Below, piece by piece: positions 1-13,277 of a DNA stretch of 64,000 nt. A program made the position numbers and the translations under genes. Within the stretch, counting starts at the first letter, position 1, and every line of letters begins with the position of its first letter. Source of the stretch: Basidiobolus meristosporus CBS 931.73 (taxonomy: Eukaryota > Fungi > Basidiobolomycota); contig MCFE01000084.1 in assembly GCA_002104905.1 (NCBI GenBank), positions 1 to 64,000 on the forward strand. The letters are read 5' to 3'. The notes beneath the pieces are model-generated. The model did no database searches and was not told the origin of the DNA. It saw only the letters and a program-made list of their open reading frames with translations.

Positions 1-1080
1 GTGGTACAATATGCCACTGATATCATTGCCCCACTTGTTGACCAAAAGAAAGCCTCGGAGAAGCAAACTGGTGATGGCAATCTGCCCGCCGACTACTCAT
101 CAGTAGTTCCTTTTGAAGTTGAATCTTGTCAAGAGGTTCCAGGTAAGGGGATTGAGGCAGTGATCAACGTGTCGACCAGTCCAGAGCCCAAAGTCTTCCC
201 CGAATTCATCTACTCCAGGAATGCCGGTCAAGAATCGGATGTGGAATTCGCGTCTCTGACAATCCAAATTGGAAGCCCGGGTTGGATCACATCTATTGGT
301 AGCCAGTATGCTAGCTCGGTTACTGACAAACAGACTGAAGATCGGGAGATCGAGGCATTCCAAAACACCGGTGCCTCGATTGTGCAGGTTGCTATCAATG
401 GGTTCATCGTACTTACCCTTGGAGTAGCCGATCGTCCCCGTGAGCACACCGCTGAGATCATTCGCGAGCTCGAAAAGCGCGGAATTCAAGTGTGGATGCT
501 CACCGGTGATCATCGTATCTCTGCTACAGCAATTGCACGCGAGGTAGGGATTAAACCGGAGAGAGTAATGGCTCAGGTTGTGCCCGAAGAGAAGGCCTCC
601 AAAGTGGCATCCCTTCAAGCCCAAGGCGTCTCGATCGACCCCGCTCGTACCTTCAAAGGACGGTACTTCCCATGGCTTCGCGACGGCATGCCTAACCATA
701 GAAATGCAGTAGTGGCAATGGTGGGAGATGGTATCAACGATTCCCCCGCATTGGCTCAGGCCGACGTTGGTATCTCACCATCCTCTGGAACTGATATCGC
801 CATTGAGGCCGCATCCATTATTCTTAATACGCCTAATCTTATGTCGCTTCTTACCATGCTTGATCTTTCCGCGAAAGTACTTCGCAGAATCAGATACAAC
901 TTCGCGTGGGCCTTTTTCTACAACTTCCTGGCCATCCCAGTAGCTGCTGGTGTGTTTTATCCCCTATGGCTACACCCATTCCCTCCGGAACTTGCCGGAT
1001 TAGCCATGGTGCTTTCATCCGTGACTGTGATCTGCTCGTCGCTGCACCTGAAACGATTCCAGGCCAAAAAATACCTATAG
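1..1080 (+). CDS. Heavy-metal P1B-type ATPase, Cu(I)-transporting subgroup (Ccc2/ATP7-like), 5'-truncated by the window edge
   Basis: Open frame from base 1 to TAG at 1078-1080. Motifs: MLTGD, hinge VAMVGDGINDSPALAQADVGI, TM YN (FFYNFLAIPVAAG) and TM MxxSS (LAMVLSSVTV). YN plus MxxSS is the established P1B-1 Cu(I) signature. Confidence 0.93.
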   Translation: MVQYATDIIAPLVDQKKASEKQTGDGNLPADYSSVVPFEVESCQEVPGKGIEAVINVSTSPEPKVFPEFIYSRNAGQESDVEFASLTIQIGSPGWITSIGSQYASSVTDKQTEDREIEAFQNTGASIVQVAINGFIVLTLGVADRPREHTAEIIRELEKRGIQVWMLTGDHRISATAIAREVGIKPERVMAQVVPEEKASKVASLQAQGVSIDPARTFKGRYFPWLRDGMPNHRNAVVAMVGDGINDSPALAQADVGISPSSGTDIAIEAASIILNTPNLMSLLTMLDLSAKVLRRIRYNFAWAFFYNFLAIPVAAGVFYPLWLHPFPPELAGLAMVLSSVTVICSSLHLKRFQAKKYL

Positions 1081-1771
1081 ATACCATTTGTCGCCTCAAT
1101 TAACTGTGTGTAAAAATAAACATGAAAATCATTTTGATTCATATCAACAATATGTATATATGGCTTTGAGTAGTATCGTAGAAGTTTGGCTATTAGCACC
1201 CCAAGTGTGTCTTTATTTGCATTTACATCAGTGCACAAGTACACAGATGCTGAAAGAGCTTTATTTTGATTCAACTCATCGTACTTGGTGCACTGCTAAT
1301 CATTTCTTCGTTTTTGTGCTTCTACAGATACACTCTTGAACCTATCCGTACTGCGGAATCGACCACACGAATGTTTCAACTCTGGAAACTGTGTACATAA
1401 CTTGGAGTCATTTGGACAAAAGCGGTATTACTTTAATGACTACTTGGGCTTTGATGATCTAAAGTAATATGCATCCTACATGCCAATTCCTAAACCCACA
1501 GTTCTTAATACGGCAATTAGCAAAGTTGAGACTCAAGATATGCGATAGATATAGGTGTTAAATAAGTTTCATAAATCCGAAATTTACAGCATTATCAAAT
1601 GAAAAAGTTGTAGCTTATGCTTTCAAGGACTTGGAAAAAACCTATAAAATATATACAGGAGGCTCCAAGGACTTATGCTATTTATGTTATACCAAGCTTG
1701 TAGTATGCGGGCCAATTCATTGACTTGGTGAAGCTATCCAAACTTTCAAGCTCTTCCAAAAGACCCTAAAC

Positions 1772-2150
1772 TTGGCACATCATCTCATGATAACTTTCTT
1801 CCAGTATATAGAGATTCAACTTGATAGAGTGCTTTCAAAAGTAGAAATGCCTAATTTCAAATCAACAAACTACCAAGTAAATATCATACAGTTCTCTGGG
1901 CTTACCAAGTCACTTCCAATGCTTTTAGAATCTTGCTACAGTACGTGCATAGTCTTGGCTTGCATGGACAACTTTGAGAATAATCACATCTTGGGTACCT
2001 TAGATTTCAAAGTAGATCCCATGCTGTTAATTTTGTAATTACACCTAAATATTCATCTAACTTGGCTATTTAGTTTATAATCTAAAAATCTTAGAGAATT
2101 CTGACCAAACACCTTGTTGGGATGTACCTTAAATATTTTCACCAAAGTAT
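1772..2150 (+). mobile_element. Degenerate Ty1/copia RNase H C-terminus followed by the start of an LTR
   Basis: YIEIQLDRVLSKVEMPNF...GLTKSLP resembles the copia HIDIRYHFIRE...ADxLTKxL motif. Bases ~2030-2150 align by eye to the reverse complement of the copia LTR start at ~25913-25760 (shared ACACCT...AAATCTTAGAGAA...TGTTGGG). Confidence 0.55.
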
Positions 2151-3300
2151 CAGGCACCCATAATATGTAATAACCTATGAAGAAGATTTAGTATATCCTG
2201 AATATACTTGGACTGGCTTAGGGTAATAGTCCAAGTACTTCTGTATATGGGAAACTCTATCTGTAAGTAGTAATTGAGCTCTCCTAGATTGGGCATCCTG
2301 AACTCCTTAGACAGACTGGTTTTAGCCACTTCTAGGGTTTCTTGGTTATTTGTGGCTATAGTAAGATTATTCACATACAGAGCTAATAGAACTCTATTTG
2401 CTCTATCTTACTTATAATATACTATAATTAGCAATAATCCTTTAGAAAATCAGAGATTCAAAATAAAGGTCTATCTTGCAATTCCTGGCTCTCCACAATT
2501 GCTTAAGACTATGTGTAGATTTTTAAGCCGACAAACTAAGTAGAAGTTATCTTGGTCAACAAACCCATCAGGCTAGTTCATATGCATGTCCTCATCAAGT
2601 TCTCCATTCAAAAATGCAGTTTTTGCATCTGTTAGATGTATAAAGAATATATGTTTGGCTGCAATTGCCAACATTAAGCAAATGGGATAAACTTGGCTAT
2701 CAGGGCAAAGGTCTTAGTATGGTCAAGTCCTTTTGTTTGAGAGTATCCTTTGACCATAAGTCTTGCATTGGAGCTTTCAATTGTACCATCAGCCTTGTAT
2801 TTTGTCTTGAAGATCCAACTGCATCCAGTTGATTTCCAGTTGATTGATATTTTGACAAACTCACAAGTTTAATTTTCCACCAGGGCCTGATATTCCTTAC
2901 TCTTTGCAGATCTCCAAAACTTTGTCTGAGGGCTATTTAGAGCCTCTTTTTTACTCTGGGGTTCATCAATATGTACTGAATATGCATAGGCCAAGTTTGT
3001 ACCTTGATTGATAAATTAACTTGGGCTATTTCTGGTCTTCTTGGATCTCCCAGCATTTGATACTATAATGATAACCTCTGGGATATTCAGGTGCACTGAT
3101 TCAGGCTGAGTTACTGTTATCAAGTCCTCTGGAGTGAAAGGTTGGTCTACAATGTATTCTGTATTAACTCCTACTTCTAAGGTATACATCTGTGGCAATT
3201 GACTCCACCCAAAAATATAGGCTAATTTTTGATTGTGGATTGTGGATTATGCCAAATCAGTTATTGCTTTGTTTACATGTTCTGCTAATCCATTTTGCTG
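2150..3300 (-). mobile_element. Degenerate Ty1/copia reverse transcriptase fragment
   Basis: The minus strand at ~2700-2820 reads WIFKTKYKADGTIESSNARLMVKGYSQTKGLDHTKTFA (copia WVFKxK...YKARLVAKGYSQxxGxDYxETFAP). ORF 2150-2374 reads KEFRMPNLGELNYYLQIEF...LSQSKYIQDIL. The frame has stops and frameshifts; the outer boundary is approximate. Confidence 0.85.
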
Positions 3301-4529
3301 TGGGGAGTATGGTACAGTAGTCTCTTGCTTTATCTCATGAATCTTACAGAAGTGGATAAAGAGTTATGAGGTGTATTCTCCACAATTGTCAGAGTGTATT
3401 TTTGTGATTTTTTCACCAGTTTCTCTCTCCACCATGGCTTTAAGCTCCCTGAGCTTAGGCAGAGCTTGTTCCTTTCTCTCCATGAAGTAGAGTCATGTGT
3501 ATCTTGTATAATCATTATTAAAAGTGATGAATACTTTATCCTACCCAAGGATAAGTGCATGTATTCTTTATTTAGAGTTATTGAAACAAAGGTTTCAGCT
3601 GTTGGTGATTTTACCCCCCCCCTAACCCTGACCCTTGGTTACTTCCATCCACCTAGCTCTATCACCCATAAATTTGACTGCTTAGACAAGCTTCTCAATC
3701 ACTATATAAGGGACCTTACACTTTAACAAACTAGCTTCATAATTGTCAATTATTCCTTCTTATGCAGATGTAGTAAATCCTAGTGAGAACTTAGTCAGCA
3801 CAACAACAGTCAATTTGAGCGGTAGCTGTTGCATGCAGCACACATCATATGTTGATAGAGATCGCATTTTTGCATATAGTAAACCTCTTGCTGGATGCTT
3901 AAAGCTTAGTTATACATCAATTATAATTGAGTCAAAGTATTTACTGGCTTATAACGTGAAGCTTAGTGAGAAAATTAAATAAAAAAATCTCACAAGATTT
4001 AGCACCACCAACAAGCTCCATATGCTGGCCAACCATCAACTCGCAATTTACTGGAAATGCTGCGTTACAATATCGATCGACAATGTTGCCCTAGTCATAG
4101 GGAAATTGGTGAAAGAGTGTGGATCGAGCCGTAGCATATTCAGTCATAGAAAAAAGTAGGATTTTTTACCAAATAGATTATCTGGACGGGAGAAAATGGC
4201 ACCAAGCCCACGTCCATGGAAATAGCTTTTGGGATGTGTAACACTTCACCAAGATGCAATACTCCCAATATCTTCTATTTGATTTGAGCGATTAGCTATG
4301 AAAGGTTCTCGCAGCATCCATCTCATCTACATGATGGCAACCCTAGTGTAACTGGGTGCTGCCATCCATGGCCGTGTCACAAGTTAACAAAAAACCATCT
4401 TCCAATGATACATGACAAAAGGCTTGTATAGTATTCTGACTTCTTCACAAGTTCATTGTGGCTGGCCTCAGGCTGTCACGAAAGTATGTGAGTAACAATG
4501 GTGATAGGACACTGCACATTGCACTTCAC

Positions 4530-4536
4530 TATAAAA
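4530..4536 (+). promoter_or_regulatory. TATA box upstream of P450 copy 1
   Basis: TATAAAA about 50 nt upstream of the ATG at 4586. The same heptamer sits at a similar position before all three P450 genes. Confidence 0.6.
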
Positions 4537-4585
4537 GTATCCAACCTCCACAGCAGCAGCCCGTCTATGATTTATTTACACTGCA

Positions 4586-6267
4586 ATGCTGTCGCTGATC
4601 ATTTTCGTTGGCCTTGTGTTCTTTCTGCTTTGGGATAAATATTTGAAGAATAGTCAGTATTCCCATTTACCCGGGCCCAAAGGAATCCCAGTTTTTGGGA
4701 ATCTTTTTCAATTACGCTTCGAGTACATCACCCAGATCCTTGAAGGCTGGGCGTGGAAATATGGGCCAGTGTTTCGCCTGAATTTGGCCCACAAGCCATT
4801 CCTTGTCATCTCGGATATCCAGCTATGTCACGAAATCCTAAAGGCGAGGCCCGATGGGTTCTCCCGTGGACGGGGCCTGGCACAAGTCGCAGAGGAGCTG
4901 AAGGCAAATGGGCTTTTTTCTCAAGAGGGAGAAGGTTGGAAGCATTCGAGATACTGGGTGGCTAACGCCTTTTCCCCCTCCAAGGTACGCGAGTTTAAAA
5001 AGTGTGTGTGGTATCGCTCCAAGAAACTCCAAGAAAGGCTGCAGGATATTGCGGAAAAGCAAGCCCATGTGCTGGCCTCAAAACATACCAGTGCCCCCGA
5101 ATCCACCACTTCCAAGTTCCCCATCACGAACCAGTACGATGGCAAGGATATGACCGACAGCATCCTGAACGAGATCCAGTCTACCGTCCTCTCGATCGTC
5201 TGCGACATCTCCTTCTCGTGGGGCGAGGAGAACTTCCTTTCTAACGACGTGTTGAATCGTAGTAAGATCTTCGTGGCTAGGTTGTTTGAACGCACGTTTG
5301 CCATCTTCCCTACCTGGAAAATCTACAAGAATGAGAGGGACCGGATTGCTGAGAGTATGAAGGCCGAGTTTGAAACCCGAATCCAATCGCTGATCGACGA
5401 CACCAGTCGCGTGCAGGGGAACAAAGACTCCCGAACCCTGCTGGAAATATTGATGAAGAGTACCCTGGAGGCTGATGGGGAGACCAATGATCCTTCGGAA
5501 AAGCGTCGTCGGATGCATCGACTGACGAATGACCAAATGAAAGCCAACCTGCTGACCGTTGTCATGGCTGGATACGGTAACTATGGACTCCATATTGGCG
5601 TTGCTCTGCGCTCCTAACCACTGACCCCCTGATAGAAACCACTGCCACGGTGATGAGCTGGATCCTGTACGAGCTCGCGGAGAATCCCCACTACCAAGAG
5701 CGGATACGGGCCGAAGTTCAAAAGGTGTTTGGCGATGTTAATCAGCTAGACATAGACCAAGACTTGCCGGTCATCGAACAGGCCCTTAACTCACCAGACA
5801 CCCGGCTCCCATTCATCAACGCTGTGGTGCAAGAGGCTCTGCGCATCCATTCAGTGCTGCCGATCATCAAGCTGAGCGCGCTGAAGGATCATGTGATTCA
5901 GGGCGTTACCATCACCAAGGGAACCCAAGTGTTCCTTCTCACTCGTACTGCAGCCCAGCGGTCGTGGCCGACATCCGACCCATTCAAGTTCGACCCGGGA
6001 CAATGGCTGGGAGAGAATGGCGAGAGCGAGAGCCAAATTAAGACCATGGGCAAGCTCGGGCTTACTTTCGGCCATGGACCACGAGTGTGTCCTGGACGGC
6101 ATCTGGCCGAAACTGAATTGATTGTGCTGACCGCTTTGACTGCTGCCAACTTCCGTTTATCTACGATTGGCATACCCCCGGCTGAGGAGCCCGTCACGGA
6201 GAAGGTGCTGTTCACAACCTACCCAGCAAACATGCATATTCGCATCGAGCCCTACAAAGCTGGCTAG
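4586..6267 (+). CDS. Cytochrome P450, copy 1 (ER-anchored type; exons 4586-5576 and 5636-6267; 540 aa)
   Basis: N-terminal hydrophobic anchor plus PGPKGIPVFGN hinge. A 59-nt GT..CTAAC..TAG intron (5577-5635) rebuilds the I-helix AGYETTAT. K-helix EALR; heme motif FGHGPRVCPG. Spliced length is 1623 nt and in frame. Confidence 0.95.
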
Positions 6268-7325
6268 GTCGTACTTGGGCCACTGAAGAATAAATAAATC
6301 GCTCATAACCCTGTGTTGGTGGATTCCACCATCAAACCATCCATGCTCTGTATACCGATATACTGCAATGTAGCACAGCTGCAGCCATGTTGGAGCAATT
6401 AACCTACTGATCCAGGCACCGAGTTTGTTGTGGGGCAGTGAATGTGCCCAGCGTAGTGATCATTTGATGGGGTACAATGCTGGTGTAATGAAGAACATTC
6501 GATTCCCGGGTGAATTCCGACCGCATCTAACGATGATGAGGTGTGGATACTCGATTCTCAAGCAGGATTGTACACGTATAGATGGTTAGATTAGTGTTAA
6601 TTATCCACGGGTTAGTGCATCCTTACGTCTAGCAAGTTACATGCCAGCCACTACCCATTTTAGATATCGAAGATCTTATCGGGATTTTATTCTCGCATGC
6701 CTGGATGCTCATAACTGAGCCAATTAGGCACGGCTGTTCTCCAGCTTGATTGGCCCGCTTATTTCAATGACACCGTGTCACCCAATCATCTCACTATGCT
6801 AACCTACGGCCTTCTCGATCCACATCCAGGTTCAAACTGATTTCCAAAATAACTGAATCGATTCTTCACCTCATGGAAATATTCTCAACCCCTTCCATAG
6901 CCCCCAAGTCTTGTTCTTTTCTTTCCGGGATTTTCCCCCGCACTTTTGGAAGTGTAAATACTAATTTCTACTCGATTAACCCAACAAGTGTATCACGTGC
7001 TTTACACTGATCATTGTCAAATTGCTTCGAAACTCCAACTCCTTTGTGAGAAACTTGATAAGCTTTGGGCATGCCATACCAGCTATCAGATACAACCTTC
7101 CAAGACCTTTTGTTACAAATTTTGAGGCTTTTGGGAATGATTTGGTGCACTTAAAGACATGTAAGATATCTAGCTGTTGGTTTTGCAAGGACTACTACGT
7201 TATGGGGGACCATGCAAGCTTAACTTTGGCAGCATTTTCAGGAAGCTTTGATTATCTGCAGTACTTTGATGATTGCAAGAATTAACTAGCATCATCCGGG
7301 CAAGGCTTGGGTCAGTGATTTACAA

Positions 7326-7650
7326 TCCCTATTAAAAATCACAAACTTGGAATTCATCTGATTATTTGCTGGTATTCCAACGGTATTTTGCCGGCATTCA
7401 GCTGGTGTTTTTCCTTCAAATTTTTAGTTGCGTTTTTTGTTGCAAGTGGTGAGTAGCTGATTACCAAATTTGGTGTCAACGCTAGTGGGCCTAGTCTCCT
7501 CCTGGAAAATATGTCTGCTTGTCTGCCAAATGACTAGTACCCGAGATATTGAGAGTGGCAAGTTTAGCGAGTCTTGGAATTCAGCTGATGTTGTGACGGG
7601 ATTCTGCTGGCCTTTTCTTAATATTCGTTCTTAGGGAATCTCTCAATCAT
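7326..7650 (+). mobile_element. Partial copy of a MITE-like non-autonomous DNA element (same family as 25067-25619)
   Basis: Starts TCCCTATTAAAAATCAC, resembling the termini of the 25067-25619 element. Bases ~7390-7650 align by eye to ~25110-25390 (shared ATTACCAA.TTTGGT..., GGCCTAGTCTCC, ATGTCTGCTTGTCTGC, GCTGGCCTTTTCT). Right end not located. Confidence 0.55.
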
Positions 7651-9948
7651 CGTGGCGGTGACTTTTAGCAATTGAAGTATATGTGGGTATTGTTGATGAT
7701 TTTGGGGATTCTTGGGAGAACTAGTGAATTGTGCGGTTTTTACTAGATGATTTATTAGATGTAGCAGTTGTGTCTATGCTTTTACAGGTTACAAAAACAT
7801 GACTACACAGTCTGCGGTCTTTTGAAAAACTCCAAGTAGTGGCATATTCTCAGCACCTGGCATTATGATATCAATATTCAAAGAAAACCCCAAGAGAAAG
7901 TTTGGTCAGGAGTTGATCAACTTCATAGACTGGATTCAAGTGGCCAAGATATTGTCACTATTTAGGAGTAAATGCAAAAATACCAAGTACCATGAATAAG
8001 GCAAGTCACTGTAAAGCGATAGGTGACGACGTAATGTTTGGCGCAATGCACATTAAATCTTGGCTGAGTTTCTATTGAATTTTGACAAGTGCTTCCAGGT
8101 TTCTACAAGGATAAGCAATTCTATATTATAGCAATCCATATCACAGGGAAGAAGCGGCTTATACACAACCAGTTGTGTTAATTATGAAGTGCTTATACCA
8201 TTCCAATCATTTTTCTAAAGCAAAATAGATCAAGAGGTCAATAGGTATAGGAATATCATTTGCAATAATAGGGCGTGTGTTTAGTGCCGACTTTACACCA
8301 ATACGAAGGTATCATGCCCTCCCAGTGCATCCGCAGTGGGTTCCATCAAAGTGACAAAGTAAAACACATCACGAATACATGCGATACATTACGACTATGG
8401 TTATACTTTCCCATATAATACCATTGGGTTGCACCATGCTCGGCATTATTGATACAGGCTTTTACCAGGGGTCGGATGATATCCTCCACAGATATCAGAT
8501 CCGAAGAATATGTCAATACTATGAAGTAATATAGGTCCGAAAGCAGGCGTCCATGAGTCAATCAATTTAAATCCCTTTAGACGGGGAATAGCTCTTAATA
8601 TACAAACAAGATATCAATGCCAGTCAGGAATTTGGAGTGGGTGTATGTCTCAGCCATAGCAGAACAGTAAGCATGAATACTTTCTCGGACTTCGACGTCC
8701 GGTTGTCTTGCTTGGAAGCGGAAACTTGGTGGTAAAAGTAAATCCACTTCAGGATCTTCATACCGGAGTGCTGTGGATGCCCATCGACATGCTTGTAAAT
8801 ATTCTTTGCAGGCCCATTGTCAAAACGATGAGTATCAACCACACGGCAACCAAAGCTTGCAGGGCAGAGCAATTAGTGGTATACTTTCTCGCCAGCATCC
8901 GCCCAAAAGTCCTACAGAGACATTATAGCAAGACTTTTGGATGCCATGACAATAAATCAAATTTCGCCACCACGCTTCGTATAATAATACCTCCCGGGTG
9001 TATAGCGGATTTTGCCCATCTGTCTCCTTTTGAGGATGTACCGATTTGAGTTCTAAACAGGCCCATCCAGCAGGGTCATGCTAGACAGCCGAAAATGCAC
9101 CCAACCAACCCAACCGGCATATGGTGACACATTTCCGAAACCGCTAAGAGACATGTTTCAGCTTCCATGAGAGTTGAGTTGTTAGGATACATTCCCCTTA
9201 TCCTCAGCTGTTACAGCTAAGATGCGATTTGAGTGATGGGCATTGGTGATTACCCCTCAGTTGTTCGATTGCAACAGTAGTCTCTTGTCGGCCAGTTACC
9301 CATGCATTGCGACCATTAATCTTTCTACCGGCCATTACTGATGCACGTCTTGACTAGGAGGGCCTTCTTTACCCCGTCAGTCATGGTATTTGATGCACCA
9401 GCACCGATGATCTCCAAATGACTATCGGACAAGTGTCCTGGAGCTAACTAATCTACATGTTGATACTCGCTGGGGGAGAAAGCCAGTGTAGATAAATAAT
9501 ATAATATTTCGTCATATGAAGCTTCGACGTGGCGAACTATCAGCAAACATACAAAGATGTTGGTATGCGATGTCAGTGGGAAAATAATACAGTGGACGAG
9601 GGCACCATGTCCGAGTGATTGATGAGTATTTGCTAGGAATATTCTCTTGGCTGGCCATTATTGTAAGCCCGATTAGCCGAGCTGTAACACTTCAAGCGCT
9701 GTCAAATCCTGTAAAATATTCAGGAATGCATTTGCCATATGTTCAATCAGATTGTGCGTGATGCTTACTCTTCTAAGCTGACAGCATGTTGGATTTCAGA
9801 GTTGGAAGACCATAGTGAATTATCAAGATCAGCTTGAACTCAAGCGGTTGGTACAAACACATGATCAGTCTCCTCCCTAAACAGACCAAACTAGAAATAA
9901 CCCTTTGATACAATAGTGGAGTATTCCATATATGATAATGTTGGTTTC

Positions 9949-9955
9949 TATAAAA
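9949..9955 (+). promoter_or_regulatory. TATA box upstream of P450 copy 2
   Basis: TATAAAA about 35 nt upstream of the ATG at 9991. This supports 9991 rather than the ORF-track start at 9916 as the initiation codon. Confidence 0.6.
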
Positions 9956-9990
9956 GACCCCTCCCCGCCCATACTTTCTGCCCCAATACA

Positions 9991-11678
9991 ATGTTGCTGA
10001 TAATAGCATCCCTTACACTTGTGCTGCTAATTCTCTGGGATAGAGTCGTTAAAAATGCACAGTATCCTCATATACCTGGACCAAAAGGAATCCCCATATT
10101 CGGCAACCTATTTCAAATACGTCTGGACCACTTCACTCGGGATTTTGAAGGTTGGGCTTGGAAACATGGGCCAATCTACCGCTTGAAGCTGCTTCACAAG
10201 CCACTTCTTGTCGTCTCAGATATACACATGTGCCAGGAAATCTTAAAGGCAAGGCCCGATGGATTTACTCGTGGGGCAGGCCTGGCTCGGGTAGCTGAGG
10301 AGCTGAACGTTAATGGGCTCTTTTCGCAGGAAGGTGAGGATTGGAGGCATTCAAGATACTGGATAGCAAATGCTTTCTCCCCAACCAAGGTGCGCGAGTT
10401 CAAGAAGTGTGTATGGTTCCACTCCAAGAAGCTGCAAGAAAGGCTCCGCAGTTTGTCCGAAGAGCAAGCGAGAGTGCTGGCCTTGCAGCGCTGCGAGAGT
10501 GCCGACTCGAGCGAGTCGAAATTCCCCATCAGGAATAGCTATGATGGCAATGATCTGACCGAGAGCATCCTCAATGAGATCCAGTCAGCAGTCCTTTCGA
10601 TTGTTTGCGATGTATCCTTCTCATGGGGAGAGGAGAACTTCCTCTCTCATGATATCCTGAACAGAAGTAAGATATTTCTAGTTCGCATCGTTGAGCGAGC
10701 AGCATCTATGCTCCCGACCTGGAAATTCTACAAAAATGAAAAGGACAGAATAACCGAGAACATGAATGCCGAGTTTGCCCAGCGGATTCAGGCTTTGATC
10801 GACAATGGCTACAAGCATCAGGAAAACCGAGACTCTCGGACCCTACTTGAGACGCTGATCAAGAGCACTCTTGAGGCGGATGGGGACTCCACCGACTTGT
10901 CTGAGAAGCGTCGTCGTATGCATCGCCTTACACACGCCCAGATGAAAGCCAACTTGTTGACTGTGGTAATAGCGGGATATGGTAAGTATTGGCTTTCTGG
11001 ATTCTCCCCACTCTGTTGAACAGCTCTAACCATTCCCCTCGAACAGAGACCACTGCAACGGTGATGAGCTGGGTTCTCTACGAGCTTGCCAAGAACCCAC
11101 AGTATCAGGATAGGATAAGAGCGGAGGTGCAGCAAGCGTTTGGTGATATCAACCAGCTGGACATTGAGCAGGACTTGACTATCATCGAGAAAGTCCTGAA
11201 CTCCCCGGATATTCACCTTCCCTTTGTCAATGCCATCATTCAGGAGTCTCTCCGTATCCATTCGGTTGGACCTGCGCTTAAAGTGCAAGCGCTTAAGGAC
11301 CACGACATCCAGGGACTAAAAATCAGCAAAGGAACCGAGATATTCCTCCTTACCCGGGTTGCGACCCTACGATCATGGCCAACTGCGGATCCCTTCAGGT
11401 TCAATCCGGAGCAATGGCTTGGGGAGAATGGTGAGAGCGAAAGCCAGATCAAGACCATGAACAAGCTGGGCCTAGCATTTGGATTTGGACCTCGTGTATG
11501 TCCAGGACGGCACCTAGCTGAAACCGAGTTGGCTGTATTAATTTCTTTGATAACCGCCAACTTCCGTTTGTCCTTCCTTGCAATACCGCCATCGGAGGAA
11601 CCAACCATGGAGAAGGTCCTCTTTACTGCATATCCAGCAAATATGCACATCCGTATCGAACCCTACATGCCCAAATAA
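9991..11678 (+). CDS. Cytochrome P450, copy 2 (exons 9991-10981 and 11047-11678; 540 aa)
   Basis: Exon 1 is 991 nt as in copy 1. A 65-nt GTAAGT..CTAAC..CAG intron (10982-11046) gives AGYETTAT. K-helix ESLR; heme motif FGFGPRVCPG; N-terminal TM anchor MLLIIASLTLVLLILW. Confidence 0.95.
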
Positions 11679-13239
11679 AGTACTCACCGCCACCGACCAA
11701 AGCGATGTGCTCGTTCTTTGTAAAGCAATAAATTCATCATGTGTGTTCTGAAATGACTATTGGGCTTACGTTGACGATAAATTGATCGGATCGCAATACA
11801 AGCATTGCTACAATCGTCTCAGTGCATAAGCTAGCAATGGACCATTGCAACTACAGGATAATCATGTGAGTTAGTAGTTAACGCAATCCGAGAGTCCCGT
11901 GGTGTGACTTATGAAATGGGATATCTCACACGGAACACTCCCGTTCTTGCTTACCTGTTCGCTAACCAGTCTTGTAATTGGTTGGTGGAAGCATTAGTCT
12001 CATATATGGCTTTCCCTCGTCTCGTCCGTATAGGCTGCTGCTTGCCTGCTACTCCACCGATTATCTAGGAGCTGTGAAAGCCCACTAAACTCCACTATCA
12101 ATCTCCAGATCAAAGTAATCAGTCGTATTGTATTGAAGATGGTGTAGGATCCGAGCAATCCATTAGCGTCAGCACTGTGGTGGATCCAATGCCGTCAAGA
12201 TTTCACTCACCCTGAATCAGATCGAAATTGGCGGGTATTCCGAATCTTCCGCTGGGTGATACAGCACTTGGGCTAGGCTCTGTGCTGGACATTGACACGT
12301 TTTCTGAGCAGATATTCCTATCTCACCTGACTCTCAGCAGCACCTTGCGTTCGTGAAGTTGTAATGCTCAGGAGAGCACAGCCTAACCAGTTATAGGTTA
12401 AGTAGCCAGTTTAACGATATTGCAGCGAGAAAAGGTTCCAGCAACTTGGCTTGGGTGTTTCCAGGTGTAACTCGCATGTCAGTTGATAGTTGGAAACGAC
12501 TGATACTTCAGAATTGTAACAATCACGAAGAGATGAAACACTATCAAATTCGTCGAAAACTCTATCAGGTTTGCTAAAAAGACCCAGGTGCCTCCAACAA
12601 GTGCTCAAACCAACAGTCGGTGCTGTGACGCTTGGAAACAAACTCCAATGCAGCGAACCAAATTCGAGTTGTCAGACTTCAAGCTTATTGAATCAATATG
12701 CTATGGAAATTGAACCTTCTGGCCAACATACGCAGAGAAATTACAGGCCGGAAGCATCAGTGTAAACCACAAGGAGCCCCACATCTCCGGACTTCCTATT
12801 TCCCAGTTTCATTCGATAGATTGGCATGATAAATTATTGTGTATAATGATTTTTTTTGAGAACCCCGAAATGCCTTTCATATCAATCCGTTAGGAGCAGC
12901 AACCTCAGTATGAACCGGATCGTGGACACGTGCAGCGTCAGTAGAGCAAGTAATGAACCAAAAGCATGAGTGTTTAGAAGGCTAAAGCGAGTGTAGCCAA
13001 CCCAATGAAACCGAGTCCGTAAAATAAGGGCTGGACCCAATCCACACACATCATCTCCGCAATCAACGTTGTCTTATGATAGAGGTTGCGATCAACACCA
13101 CCTGGCCACGACTGCTGCTTGTCCATGATTAGTCCATTTGAAAACGCTCTAAAACTTGCACCTTGATATATAACGAAATTGGTCAAACTGCAAGTCACAG
13201 GTAGGTTGGATCCCAGCTCCCACTTTTGGCTTATATCAA

Positions 13240-13246
13240 TATAAAA
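13240..13246 (+). promoter_or_regulatory. TATA box upstream of P450 copy 3
   Basis: TATAAAA about 31 nt upstream of the ATG at 13278. Confidence 0.6.
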
Positions 13247-13277
13247 GCCCTTGGGTCTACAGTGAATCCAAACTCAA

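Noticed and set aside
6968-7285. Minus-strand VVSDSWYG resembling a piggyBac-like catalytic motif next to a CCCT-type terminus
   Set aside because: A single short motif in a broken frame with no TTAA site; too weak to call.
8300-9100. Several 70-113 codon ORFs between P450 copies 1 and 2, and similar ORFs at 12400-13200
   Set aside because: No recognisable domains, consistent splice pattern or homology elsewhere in the window; left unannotated.
9916-9990. N-terminal extension of P450 copy 2 suggested by the ORF track
   Set aside because: It starts at a GTG, spans the TATA box, and is absent from the two paralogues. The ATG at 9991 gives the same 991-nt first exon.
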